Source of the DNA: Psilocybe cubensis
Taxonomy: Eukaryota
Assembly (NCBI GenBank): GCA_017499595.2
Contig: CM039001.1
Coordinates: 372,001 to 436,000, forward strand
Length of the DNA stretch: 64,000 nt
Direction of reading: 5' to 3'
Below, one piece after another: positions 25,378 through 39,534 of the stretch (its first letter is position 1; each line of letters starts with the position of its first letter). The notes beneath the pieces are model-generated. The model did not search any database. It saw only the letters and a program-made list of their open reading frames with translations, and was not told where the DNA came from. The translations under genes and the position numbers were made by a program.

Positions 25378-26252
25378 ACACCACCCGTCCGCTAACATAC
25401 TATACCTCGTTTGACCTAATGCTCTTGAACTCGTTATTTCCGACGCTTCAAGCTGTGCTAGAACGATGCACGCAGAAACTGTTATCGTAATACAATGATT
25501 CGTGGATGCACACCCAATAGTAATGAATTGGTCCAGATTTCTGAAACCCTCTCCCAATTCAGAAAATCTCGCGCTATTTCGTATGAGGTTGGAGCTAGTG
25601 CACAACTCGAAGATCTGGGTTTTGTTTATCTTGACTACAGCATGAAGACTTCCACGAATCCAACACGGTAAAACATCTTGTGGCGTTGCATTTCTCTCGA
25701 TAACGTTCGCGGGTTGAGATTTCCGTGGTCATTTTTTCGAATGGGTGAAACAAGGCCACCAGTCAACGAGATGTAAAACATGTTGCTGAAAAGATGAAAA
25801 AACAATGATGTTTGTCGGTGTGTGTTGTAGAACTTGGGGGGCCCTATCTTGTACTGTTATCCAAGAGCTTCATTTGCTTCCGTCGCTACACGGGGACAAT
25901 GATTCCAAGGACACGATGCCTATTTAAGTAACTGAGCATGTCATACAGAATCTAACCCTGTCTATCAGCAACCAGTTACTCGACAAAGATATCGATGTGG
26001 CTAGAACGTACTGTTCACGGCATTATGGACAGCTATTTACGTAGTAAGCATTCAATTTCTCTTTGTATTGAAGAAAAGCAGTGTTTTCCCAAAAATAAAC
26101 TATTGACTTCCATTGTGCTTCAATTTGTGCTTTAAAATGGAAGTGTGGCGGAAGCATGGGATAGAAAGAAAAACTTCAATACAGCGGTCTTCTGATTATG
26201 TGGCGGGAGCTACAGGTAGTATGTCTCGGAATGTGATAGCTCTAGCCACAAA

Positions 26253-27259
26253 TTAAACACGGGTTGTGAGGTAGCCCAAATTCTGATTATTGACAACCCG
26301 TCCGACAGCGTCAAGGGGCATAACCGCTCCAATAAGCCAGGCAAGCGATGGCGATACGTTCCTTCCCCTGGATCGCAGGTCTAACTCATGTACATCATGA
26401 GCACGGCTAGTTCATTTAGAATAGGAACATACCGCACGGGATCATACTGACTTGTCAAATATTGATACCGATGGATCATTTGGTCAATTTGTCTTTCGGA
26501 AAAAGGAAATATGGCTCCATTGCCAATCGCAACCTTTGCTGTTAAAAAAAACTAGGTGTTAGCAGTCGTCGCTTGGTCGCCAGCAAGAGCGGGTTGAAGA
26601 ATATTACCATCTTGAAGCGCTTGTGCAAATTCATTTTCGGTGCCCGGGGGAAGGTTGTCGTGGTGTGATGGGAATTCAGCGACGTATGACCAAAAATTCT
26701 CTCGTGTCTTGACGATTAATCCTGTAGTAATCAGATAGATATCAGCCACGAGCCTTTGCTCACAGGCAAATAAATGTTACCTGCTTCCTCCGTCCAGATA
26801 TAAGCAGCACCGGCCGTCCTCGAGTACATTCGAATAACTGCAGCGCTTTCGTTCACTTCAGATATCACAAGTTCATAATCTCTCGGGAGTCGATGGACAT
26901 TGGGGTCCCCGGCCAGACATTGCAAATGGTCCTCTCGCGCATCCATGATATACCGTAGCATCTCTGGGTCCCTAACGTTGTCCGGTGTGATTAAACGAAG
27001 CTCGCGGTTGTAAAAGTATATGTCTCCGTTGGGGTGTCGGTATTCACGCCACGATCGCGGCAAAGGCGTTTGGCTATGTAAGTATACCAGAAAAAAATGA
27101 GATCAGGGCATCATTTTGCTATCCGGAAAGAGCATACTAGTTAGAACCGCGATTTGCTGAAGAGGAACTTGGTGTAGAGTTGTATTGTGTCGTTTCAAGG
27201 AAATCCATAGACTCTGGCCGATCACTGTCGTATGTGCGTCCACTTAAAGAGGGTGGCAT
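26253..27259 (-). CDS. Hypothetical protein with a WW-like domain (agaricomycete family)
   Basis: Spliced model MPPSLSG.../QTPLPRSWREYRHPNGDIYFYNRELRLITP.../FWSYVAEFPSHH.../AIFPFSERQIDQMI.../LAWLIGAVMPL...TTRV*. The LP..W....HP.G..YFY segment is WW-like. Confidence 0.65.
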
Positions 27260-28327
27260 ATCGAATATATCTAGAGGATTTCGAGTAGCCTAGTAGTGCT
27301 TTTAAGCTATAGAAGAGACGAGAAGAGTGGATGGAAAGAGCTTAAGCTCCGGATATGACGATGAAAAAATATACGATGCATCTAGGCATGAGAAGCAAAA
27401 CACAAAGATAGAACTTGAGAACACATTTACACCCTGCGCATGCAATCTGTTGAGGAGTAAGCTCGCATCATCAAGGAGGCACAGCACCGTCATTAAGCCC
27501 AACCGTCTCGCGATAGAAGAATTCCATCTGGCTCGTGGAGGACAAAACAAGGTTTAATTATGGTCAAAGGAAAAAAGAATCCATCATCATCAAGTCTCTC
27601 GCAAAGAAGGCGTAATAGAAAACCCAGCGCGATCTGGCGCAAAATACGGCACTGCCCGTGAACCATATCCAAGGGCAGAAAATACTAATTTTGCCCAAGG
27701 CACATTTCTTGTGCCAAGATTTGATAAGTTGTTCACAAGATTTTATCATTTACTTGATAACCAGATTTTCTCTTGAAGTCGAAATTGGAGCCCAAACTTG
27801 GAAAAACGAGTCCATGCTATCAAGAGTTAGTTCGTTTTCTCAAGTGCTTTCTAAAGCTTCTAGTCGTTCCACGCTGGATGGAACGGCTGTTGAATGGGCA
27901 ACGTGAAAGCTTATAAACATTGGTGGCAGCTACCGCCTTGGAATAATCCTGGACTACAAAAATGTTACAACCTATTTGGAATAAAGACAAAGAATCAGAT
28001 ATAATAAGATAAATATGAAGAAAGACGCGGTGTGTTAGATTAGGAAGATGGAGGGAGCGTCGACAAAGTGTTGCACCTGGATTTCATTTCCCGCCGGTCC
28101 GGCGACCGACCTGAGAAGATGATAGGGCACAAAAAATCAGTGGAACCAGTGGCCTAGATGTCGTCTTTGTGGAGAAAATTCACGAAACAACTTCGAGGGA
28201 AGGGATGATGACAGGAGGAGCACCGCACGATAGCCTGATGTTGATTGTAGGAGGTCTTTGTGTTACATGTCATCCTCGGAAATGAGCAGATGAAAATGGA
28301 AAGACCGACCTCAGAAGCGCGGCCGTG

Positions 28328-31300
28328 TTAGAGGAACTCGAATCGGAGAGAGATGGATTTGTCAAACGCGCATAATCGCCCGGAAAGCTGGTCTAAAACC
28401 TGTTCATCAGTACCTCGAACACGACACTTCCCCCTCGCAATCCACCGTTTGGAAAAAACTGAGGCACATACCTGCCCGAGTCGAGCACCATTGGAGTTTC
28501 TCCATTTGAACGAAATTTTGTTTGCTCTTTTGGCCGGAAACATGCGAAAGCGCGATTCGTGCGCGCGCCAGCCACGCTTTGGGTCAAGCTTGGCAGGTAT
28601 ATTAGTGAGTACCGAGATAATCAAGCCTAGAGCTGCGGTATTGAGGGTGTCCGATAAACCGGAAACAGTATGCTCTCTGGACGCAGTGCACGTGGATTTC
28701 GGGTTTACAGTGATGGAATAGGGGCTAGTCGGACGTTGGGTATGGTGTACGTTGCTCAAGGCATGCGTCGTCGCTCCTCGATGTGATGTCGAAAGCGCAT
28801 TATCAATACTACCAGAATGATCTTCGTTATCCTCGAATTCGACTTCTCCTTCGGCGTCAGCATCTGGGTCATGTTCATCATCCTGGCCAGGTCCAGGCGA
28901 CGATCCACCACTTGGACCAGGCGGTGGTGGATCTGGCGGTGGTGGAGACCTTGACCTGGAAGGTTTCGTTGAAACAACATCATCGTCATTTTCTTCATCA
29001 TCTTCCTGTTCGCCTTCCGCGTCTTGATCATCGTCTGCATCGATATCAGCCTCAGCGTCCGCGTCTTCGTCTATGGTAGGTTCAGGATCCTTCATATAAA
29101 CGTCATCCGTGTGTGAGTGAGCGGTAGGCTGAACGTCAACAGAAGATGATGATGACGGGAGAAGAGGAGACACGTATTGTATGTCGTTTATTACATGTCC
29201 ATTTGCTAATGTCGCAGGATCTGGTGGGGCATCATCAACTCCCATAGGTGTTTGGGGTTCTACCCAGGTGTTAGGTGTATCTCGGGACGAAGTCCCCCTT
29301 ATAGATGCATTTTCAACAGAAACTGACTCGACAATTGGTGCAGACTTGGTAGATGTCGGCTCGGGTGTGGATGTAGGCTCATCCGACGTAGATTCGGTCG
29401 TTGGTGCAGTTTCAACAGGCATAGATGTAGGTGTAGGTTCAACAAAAACAGGTTCGGGTGCAGGTGTAGATTCAGCAGGCATAAATGCGGCGGGAGTAGG
29501 TGTGGGGTTGGGCTCGACAGATATACGCTCTGATGCAGGTATAGGCGTACGCTCAGCAGATATTGGCACGGGTTCAGGTAAAGGTTCGTTCACAGGTTCT
29601 TCTACAGAAATAGCAGCAGCAGCAACAACAGACGCAGAGGGCTCCGACACCCTCCCAGCCTCCGTCGCACCTTCGCCGCCGTCGTCATTTTTATCGTCGT
29701 CAAGTTCATCAACATCGTCCTCGTCCTCGTCCTCGTCGTCGTTATCATGATCATTGCGGTCGTGGGTGTCTCGCGGCGGTGGCACAGGGGGCCGTCGGTC
29801 GCTCCCACGCACAGGCGAAGAACCAGAATGAAAAGAGCTTGGTCTGGCCCGCTGACCCCACGCGACAACGGGACGTAGACCCCCAATCTTTGGCTCATTC
29901 GGTTGGGTTTGGTGTTGTGGCTGGCGTTGAGACTGCGCGGGATGCCGCGGCGTATAGTCGCGCTCGTATTCATGTTCCTCACTCCGCCGTTCCCTTTCCC
30001 TTTCCCTCTCCGGCGCTTTGCCTGCCGCTCTCGAGGATGACAGCGCGATCGCCTCATCCAGTGGGGAGTATCCCGGACCTGGCGCAATCACTCGCGGGCC
30101 AGGAGGAGAGATGATACGGGACCCAGGAGGAGAAATGATCCGCATCGACCCCACCTCGCTGTCCACCCTCCCGCGCTGCGGCCTGCCGCTGGTGGGAGTT
30201 GTGGTGGTATTCGAAGTGGCCTTCGTGCGGCCTCGCGTCCTCGCCATGCCCCGCGCGGATGATGCCGAGCTAGACGACCCGGGCTGCTGAACAGGTGGCG
30301 ACACCGCGCGTCTCCGCGAAGCCTGGCGAACAGGTCGTGTTGATATGACAGACATCTGCGACGGCGGAATGATGCTCCTCGCAGATTCGCGCCGCGTCGC
30401 TCTGCCCCTGCCCAGCCCGGCCTCTACCTCGCCATTCCGCTCTTCCGCGCGTTCCTCTGTTGAATGCCGCTCCCGCGCCTTGCCCTTGCCCTTATTCCCT
30501 GCATTATTCGAATTAGCCAACGAGGACGCACCCCGCCTCTCAGATTGATCCGCGTCGATGAATGCAGCGGACGCCTGATCAGCTTGATCCGCCAGCACAT
30601 CAAGTGCGGTTCTCACACGTTCCAGTCCCTTGCCCTGCCCCACATTCCCCTTGCCATTACCCGCTCCCGCAGAAGCGGACACCCGTCGCCTTTTTTGTGG
30701 AGGCAAAGGACTCTCCGGCTCATCCATCGCACGCCCCTTTCCATTGGCCTTACTATTACCCCGTAGCTTGCTCGTGGTGCTCCCTTCGCCGTCGATCAAG
30801 AGTGCCGCATCCAGAAGCGATGCAAGAGGAGTAGGCGGGTTGCTCGCGGACGCCTTGTCGGTTGCCGGTGTGGCTGTCGCTGTTGTGGTTGTAGCACGCC
30901 CGTTCTGCCGCCCCATTGTCGCCTTGATCTGCCTCGGCGTGCCCATTACCCCGCTGCCGGCCCACGGTGACCGCGTCACCGGGTCCGCATTGACATACAC
31001 CAAAGGTGTCTCTGGAGGCGCAGCGAGATTGTTCTGAGCTGAAGCGAAGTTCGAAAAGTGGATACCGCCCCTCTTCGGCGTGCGCAACGGGGAGTTACCA
31101 ATTACTGGGATGATATGCGGCACGCGCAACGGGCTCGCCGCAGGCATCCCTCCCACTGTAGAAGCAGACGTCGACGCCTCAGCACCTGTGCGATAGTATG
31201 GAGCCATCGCACCGTTGGCCATACGTTCCTGCTCCGCCCTTTCCAGCTCCTGTTGGGCGCGCGCCTGCTCCTGCTCCTGTGCGAGTGCCTCCTTCTCAAC

Positions 31301-32487
31301 CTGCAGGTTGTAGCCTGTGATAAACGCGACACGTTTCCGACCAAGTCTTTTTGCGGCGAGGAGTAAGTGCTCGCTGTAGGCGTCGGACATTAATGGAGGC
31401 CCAGTTTTTTTGGGTTGCGATTTGGGGTCTCGGGGCCGCTGTTGATTGGAATCTGCATTTGCATTGGTTGCAGCGGCACCGGTGGGAGTCGTGGATGCAT
31501 CGGGGGCCTTTGAAGTTGACGCTGTAGCGTGAGCGCTAGCTGCTGCTTTAGCAGCTAATTGTTTTTTAAGGGCGTTGTGTTGTGTTTGATTTAGCCCCTG
31601 CTCGACAAATTCCACTTGGTATTTAGGTTGCGCCTCTTTAGCTTTGCCCTTGTCTAGTCGCGATATCGGAGACGGCTGCATGAGGAGCATCGGTTTAAGT
31701 TTCAAAAGCTCTGCTTCAAGCGCCGCTTGTCGGCGCTGCGTCTCATGCAACTAAAAATACAGTTTCATCAGTGGCTGCAACAATCCAATACTATACCATC
31801 ATCACCACATACTTTATCTCTCAGAGCTTTGTTTTCTGCTTCGTATGACATGCGCATGCGTTCTGCGTCCTGTGGGATGGAATCAAGACAGCTACTGGGA
31901 TGAGATGCAGGCTGATACACACTTCGGGTTTGCTCGGTCTATTCCTGACCAGCAATAAAGCCTCTGCAGAGCGCTCCCAGCTCTCCCGCTCAGACTGCCA
32001 TCTCTCGCGGTCCACTACAGCCTGCCGAACCAGAAAGTCACGCTGTGCAGTCAGCGACGAGATCGTCTCCGCCTGTCTCTCCAGCTGCGCAGGATCAACA
32101 GGTACAGATGTCATGAGAGATAACACCTAACAGACAACATAAAACCACTAGGTCAGAAAAAGGCCCCTGGTTTCACAACGCACATTAGCAATAGCATTTA
32201 AATCGTACCATATCTAACAATTCCTTCTCCCGAGAGCTCATTCCTGGAGGCAAAGCGGAGTCACTCTCCCCAGCATTCGACTGTCTGGCCACCGGATATC
32301 CCAAGTCATTTAATCTGCGCCGAAGGTTTGCGATATCAACCTGGCTATATCCTTCCATAGACGCACTTGTTGTGCTACCGTAGGCATTTTCTCCATCGTC
32401 GGACCCAGGCCCGGGCACAGGTGAGGGAGACATGGTGTGCAGGATGTCGGATAACGCCAGGGATGGCGGGTTGTCCGTAGCACTCAT
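28328..32487 (-). CDS. Large low-complexity protein with N-terminal coiled coil, function unknown
   Basis: Exons MSATDNPP...LLDM / VLSLMTSVPVDPAQLERQ... / DAERMRMSYEAENKALRDK / LHETQRRQAALEAELLKLKP... join the 1140-aa ORF, which has acidic and Pro/Thr-rich regions. The true 3' end is uncertain. Confidence 0.7.
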
Positions 32488-32699
32488 TGTATTCCTCCTT
32501 CTCCTTCTCTTTCGCTTTCTAGTTCTCTATCTCGTTCTAGTAACCCCTGTATTGGCTGGGCTAGTGTTTGCAGAAAGAAATAGCTGGCTTAGAGCCAGGG
32601 CATTGAGTGGGTATTTCGGTGAGAATCCGTAAGCCACAACATGACCACCTCCCTAAAATCGTGTCGCTAATCCAAACAATGACAAACATTCGCCGCGCG

Positions 32700-35600
32700 G
32701 GGTCACGTGCCACTAACCTTGTGGTCTGTGATCGGAAGCTTTAGTCGACGCAGGGTTGACTTCAAGCTTTTAGAGAGCATTTGGTTTGCAGGGACAAGTT
32801 CTTCGATTTTGTGAAGTCTTCTTTCTAAATACTACTTAGAACATCTAGAGATCTTCTTACCTGTTCTATCCGATGAAGTAGGTGTACCAAAAGCTGAACG
32901 AGTTGCACCTAAAGGCACTGACTCTCAATTAGTCTCGAGATCTCCACCCCCGCGTTCAGCCACTGAGACTCTAAGAATACAAGCTCGACATGACTGAGAA
33001 CTCTCACGTATGTTCCGGGTCCGAATTTTATAATGGAATCAGGAACTGTTTGAATTTGATTTTTTATTTACGCCCAAAGTCTGCAACATCAGGCGGGATG
33101 ATACTTCACGCATTTACCTTCTTTTCCAAGAGCCAAAAAGGGACGACGAACGCAAAACATGTCAAAGAGTAGCACTAAAAATGACAAATAGTCAGACTTT
33201 GACGCCGTCCTGCAACAACCACTGTTGATGGGAGATGGCCACGGATAGTGCATAACAGTTGTGAGAGGCATGTACCAATCCAAAATCTCCAGGTGAGAGA
33301 AAGCGGTAGGATAAACCCTTCTCCAAATAGCAAGGTCGACCGCGCATTAATTTATTCAAGTAATCCCAGAGCAAAATTTTAGGTCAATGAGATGAACCTG
33401 AGGATGAGGAATACCTGCACGTTCTATGTTCCAGTGTAGACCTTGTAAAAGAAATGTGGATTGGAGCAGAGACAATCTTTATCAGGTTCAAAATGGGATG
33501 GAAGAGAAAAATCATCAGAAAGCAATATTTAAGGACATGTCGATGGCAGGTACATACCGGTCGTCAATAACCAGACTTACTATCTCTCCCCGCGTACCCT
33601 ACCCAAATAGCCGTGTCGAAATAGATCAGAATGCCTCGCCTCTTGACTTCGTCATTCTTCCATATAAAATGTTTCCGATGATAATGTCACAATGCAGAAC
33701 ACCGTTATTCCATAACCTTTGGTGCCTTGTTTTAAACATTTGTATTTGAAAGTGGTGGAACAAAAGATTATGACTTGCCCGCGGTGGTAGCGTTGTGAAA
33801 AGCGCTCAATACTAATATCACATCTTTGCTAAAATGATAGAGAAATTCACCATAACATCTCAGGACGAATCTGGGTCAGAACATGTAGCTTCTGACCACA
33901 GTGGTGACAGTGGCAACATAACCTCGTTTGCCAACGATTGTGTCAGTTGAACTTACTACTGCTTTTGTATGCTCATGTTCGTCTTCCCTATTCCCAAAGT
34001 TCTATAATGAATCCTTGATTATCACGTTTTGAACGACGCCGAGGAGGGTCTGGTGTGATTGGTAGGCTGCCCAGCGGACTATTCTTCGGAAATCCGCGTG
34101 GTCGGTTTGCCGTGAGGATACCCACCGTTTGGTATTTGTAGAATATTCACAGCGCGTTGGCAGTTCGCTGGCGCTCAGATTTGAATGTGACTTCATGTGA
34201 GTTGGCAGTAATTAAATGACAACCTTTGCCATTAAACTTCTTACATTTGACTCTGGAATCAAATGAGAATACTTGATACCGTAGAAACTCCCAAGATGAT
34301 GCGGGAAATTGGTAATGAATTGGCGTGGTATTTCATCTTGAGGCCCAGAGCGGCCATACACGTATCGGTAGACTTGGTACTCCATGCGAATAACCGTTGC
34401 GACGTATCGACGATGGTATTGTTTAAGAATGCGCAGACTGGCATTAGAGCGAGGACCAGCGACTATGATGGGGGGGTCTGGAGAGTTTTTCAACTCTCTG
34501 TCATCCTCGTCGTCCTCAATGACATCAAAGCGATTGATACAAAATGAAATAGGAATGCCGTACTTGTTTGCTTTTGTCACCTTAGAACCTCAGGCCATTT
34601 ATTGGCTTGTGTACTGCACAGAGTACATTCATAGTGAGATACGGGCTGCGATCCATCGGCAATGCTCAGCAAGAGAGGCTTCCTTTCGCATTCCCTGCCA
34701 GTGATTTTCGTCCAAATGATTGGTCGGGATTCCCGTACGCCAAATTCAAGATTCAGAAAGTTGTTGAAGTCGCCAATGTAGATCAGGTAGAAAAGAGCAA
34801 TGCGATTGTCGCCAGTTGAATTTGCTGGGTGGTTCGCGTTCAGTTTACCAGGTAGCACTAAATGGTGGTGCCAGAGAAGACGTGTAAATTTGAGGGGAGA
34901 CAATTAGAGGCGTTAAGTGAGATGAGCTAGGGCATTTGTAGAAGAAGCTCTTAGAACGTGCCACAATCATTGAACCAAATAGTAAGGGAGTGAAGTGAGG
35001 CCTTGGCCAGTGAGGGACTTCGATGCGGCGGGGCTCGGGTAAAACTTGCCGACAATACAAAGCACGTGACCGCGTTTTGCTGAACGCGCCAGCCTCCTGA
35101 ATTTTATGCTTCAGTTCAGGGAAAGCCGATTGTATTGCATTACGACTCGTCTATAATACAAAATGCTCTTCCTAAGAGTTTTTCTGGCTCATTTTATAAA
35201 TTAATCAAGTTTTGGAACTAATCAGGCGGTCGGCGCTTATTTTCTTGCGAAACCGCGGCGGTTCAACTCTTAAGCTTCCAAGTTAACACATAAATCATGT
35301 TACTAGAAAAATGGAATAGCTTGTCAGTTGTGTTTAAAAATCATAGGAATAGACCAATTGACATTGATATTTTCTGTGCAGACTTGCTCACAAGTCGGGG
35401 ACATCGCCATGTTTTGGCAACGTCCCCGATGCCAGAACGATGTCAAAAGCTTCTGTTCTAGAAACTGGGGATCGATTTGAACACAGTTCCAATAGTTAGC
35501 ATATAATAACTATCAGAACAATTCTACTTATAGCTTGCTTCTTACAGTAATAAAAGTCAGATTGGCCATGTGGTTGTAAGTTCCTCAACTGGAGATGACA

Positions 35601-38600
35601 GATGTCAATGCCAATTGCCATAAGCACCATGACGGCAATCGGCAATTGGTAGATGAGAACTTGGTCGGTAAGATCCATGACAAGTTGCTGATCTTCTTTC
35701 ACGCTGGTCAATGACATGTGTCCAAAGACAAAGTTCGCACAAATAAATTGATACTAGGGAACGGTAGAATTGAAGGAGAATATTAAACTCATGAAGGGGC
35801 GAGAAGACGATTCTGAAACGGATTCTCAGGACCGTACTAGAAGTAACAAAAGAATGAGACGATCAACTGAATGACCGTGAACACTGTGGTGGACTAAATA
35901 CTTTTCCTCCAGAGAGCAATCACGGTATTCAAACAAAGTAAGAAACAGAAACGACTTGGAAGCAGGCGGCAATGCATTGAAGCAGTTATACAGTCTAAAA
36001 TGAAGCTCCAGGACCCCTTTCTAAACCCCTTCTACTTGGACGATGGCCCTTTAGACTCACATCGTCATTGAAGTAGTAATCTGTGTTTATGGCTGTGCCT
36101 GCAGGTTGATATAATTGAGATGCTTGCAGACGTGATCTGAATAAGAAAACGAAACACTATGTCTCATCATGATCATGTTTACCAAGCCGGAAAAAGTCAG
36201 GTGAATCCTAGAGATAATCAGATACTCAGGATAGAGATGGAATAAAATTTGAATTGAAACTGGTTTTCACAATGCTGGGAAAGATGTACGCCGAGGACCT
36301 GGCCTTACTTGAAGCACGAGCTTGATGATCAAGTGGTTGGTGCCTTGACAATATCATATAGATCTTGAATTTGCGGTGCGGGCGGGTGCTTCAAAAACAG
36401 TTATTCCCTTGCCAAAAGACCCAGCAGGCAGTCCCTGCAGGGATTTCAGCGGGGTCCTTACTGTCAAATCAAATAAAGCACCGCAGGGCTGTTGGTCTAA
36501 GAGGTCAGGCACCATGTCGTGTTGAATTTTTTATGAGAAGGCAGATAAACCGCTTACCGGGCGTGTCTCTCACATTTTAGTTCACAAACTTTAAAAGAGA
36601 GGGTTCCATTACACGTCAAAGAAGAACAGTTCCCAGAAAGCTTAAGGCTGCCGCACAGAATGTTAGTAAGCACATTCGCAAGTCAGGTCATCCAAGCCGT
36701 CACTTCCCTGTTAGCTCGGAAGCTGTCTAGAGAGCTTTTTAACAGTAAGAATGGTAAAACCAATTTAAACAGCACTTGTGGTGAGCGAACATGCGAATAA
36801 CAAGCGCGTGTATGTGCGGCGCGGCCCCGGGGACAGTGGACCGTGGAGTCGGGTGCGTAGCCCGAGCGTAATGAACGATGAGTATACAATTGCTGACTGA
36901 GATGTTGAGCGTGAATAAGTCAAGTAAAGAATGAAATGCCTTCGAGTTTGGAGTAGCTTCCGGCCTTGGGGGAAAGATTACGTGGACACAGCAGTGACAT
37001 TTCGCCAAAAATTTTGATAAAGAGGTGATCCTACCGAGGCTATTCTGAGAGGCCTTGAGAATTCCGAAAAAATGCATCCAATGAAGGCATTACAATGCAG
37101 TGCGCAGCATGAATATTAAATTACAACGGCGACCTTTGCGCAGCCAAGCGCTTCCCCTTGAATTCTCCGAACTTGAAGGTCGTTGTCCACGGGTGCTGAA
37201 GACGGCCACCAAGTATGCATTGAAATTGGAAACAGGAAAGTATCCTTGACGTTCATGATCAGATGGTGTATATGTGCTGATGGTGAATCGCAACTGAGTT
37301 CATCCTTGAACAGCTTTCCTAGCATAACTTCGCAGCTGAATTGAAAAGAGATCCCTGTAGGGCATCCACCTTAAGAAAGAAAAGCGCCATTCAAACAAAT
37401 GTGATGGCAACTTCAAGACGCTTGGCTCAAGCCGTAAAACCCTGTCCAGAAGGTAGATCTACAGGTCTGCTGGGGTGTAGGATACACAAGCAGCATGTTC
37501 TACAATCAGAGTGTAACCCCACAACCAGAACAAGTCGTTCAGATTTGAAAGCGGGCATACAGGATCTATACCCTATAAGCCAAGCTTCCGCGGTGAGCCA
37601 CAAAAGCAAGAATCCGCATAAAGAAAAGTTGAACCCAAGTCCAACAGTCGCAGATTCAAGATGGTGTGGAATAGTATGCACATCTACGGTTGCCCAAGAT
37701 GATAAGGGAGTTATTTAAAATGCCAGAGACATGAAATTGACTGATTTACATTCGGATCAAGACTTGATAAAAATGACAGCCACGATTGGTCAGGGAATGA
37801 AAAACGAAAGTAGATGTGGGTCTGGCCAATGATTTGTCAAGGCGTGAATGTCGAAAATTTCCGTCCGTTGTGTACCAGTGAGAGCGTCGCTCCCTCCGGG
37901 GAATATTAAGAAAGCCTTTTCCAGAGTGGATGAACGGAAATTTACCACGAACAGAGCGAGTTGATGGACCCTAGCGGCACGAGGATGAATACTAACAGAA
38001 AGAGCTCCTTAGAGCCGCGGAAAGCACAGCCAAAGACTGAAATACATGGGGCGTCTACGCCTGAGCCAAGGTGTGTGTGAGAATCCCAGAAAACGAATGG
38101 GCTTGTGGCTGAGCTCCAACGAAAAAATCGAAAACCGAATGTATGTGTACAGCGTAAATCTCTTGTCAAGGGATCCTTGAGGCTTTCATTACTGCATCCA
38201 CCTGCAAAAGCGAGAGAAAGACACCAAGTGTTTCAACCGTGTACAAGTTCGAGAAGATTGTGGCGCCTTTATGGCATGATATAGATCGAACAGCAGCAAA
38301 GCAAAAAGAATTTTGAGGGTTGTTTTTTTGAAGGGTGGGTGTTCCGAGAATACCAACCAATAACCTGAATCAAAGCAGGGTAAAGCCGCGACCGCGTGAA
38401 CTACCACACAGTGAGAGATCGAATACTTGATTCAGAAGTAAGTGAGAAAAGAGATAAGGAAGCTCAATGAGATTTTGCTGCTTGGATTGGGACTGGATAA
38501 CGTACGGAGGACATGTGGGCGTGCTATGAACCACTTATGATACCATTGTGATCAAAACCGAACCTGTGGGGAAGTGGTTACAGCATATGACTCACTGGTA

Positions 38601-38700
38601 ACAGGGTTCGACTTTCAGGTAGCTTTGGGGTGGTATTCTGGTAGATTTCGCCTGACAGAGAAGGAATATAGAATAAACAACACAGGTGCCATCACTCTCC
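32700..38700. other. Gene-poor tract with decayed, coding-like sequence (possible pseudogene or TE relics)
   Basis: No intact spliced gene could be built. Short - strand ORF fragments with splice-like signals are interrupted by stops in all frames. Confidence 0.3.
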
Positions 38701-38812
38701 TGTTTGGGGCACGAAACACGGCTTGTTTTGATTTTCGTGGGAAAGAAAGTTCGGCGCGAGCAGAAATCATTTGCGGTTGGGTTCTCGCCAACGTTCACGT
38801 CGTCCTCCAGCC

Positions 38813-39534
38813 ATGTCTCAAGCAGTTGGCAATGTAAGTTACATTTACCTTATGCCGAATGGTATCTCATAGTTTCTATTGTTTCTTTAGACCGCTCTTG
38901 CCTATGCCAGAGTATGGCACCATGTCGATGCAAGTGACCGTGTTTTGGGTAAACTCGCTGAAAGAATTGCGTTGGTACTAATGGGCAAGCACAAGCCCAT
39001 CTACGACCCTAGTGGTGCGTAAAACCAGGTTATAAACGACTGTGCACTACTAAATTACACCCAATTCCTGGAACTCAGTGGACTGCGGAGACTATGTGGT
39101 TGTTACAAACTCCAAAAAGGTTAAGGTTACAGGAAGGAAGTCAGAGCAGCTGCTCTTCCGAAAACATTCGATGTACCCCGGTGGATTGAAAGAGACGCCG
39201 TATAAGGACATGATGGAAATTCACCCCGATGAGGTGTGTGCTTTCTGTTCCCATTCTATGTTTTCTTCCATTCACTTGGCCCTCTGCACTCTGGCCTATA
39301 CAGATCATCCGCCAGGCCGTATCAGGCATGTTACCCAAGAACAAGCTACGTGAACGCCGCCTGGAGCGCCTCAAGATCTTCCCAGCGCATCGCATGGGAA
39401 TCATCGGCGGGAACATCATGCGTAGTTGGGATGACGGCACTCTACCTCCAGATTTCAACCCATCAACGCCTACCACTTCGGAGACACTCAAATTGCTCGG
39501 AAATCAATCTGAAAAGTTCAAATCGTCTCCATGA
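38813..39534 (+). CDS. MRPL23: Mitochondrial ribosomal protein uL13m (L13; yeast MrpL23 ortholog)
   Basis: [59 protein letters not shown]...[10 protein letters not shown]...[28 protein letters not shown]. Confidence 0.96.
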
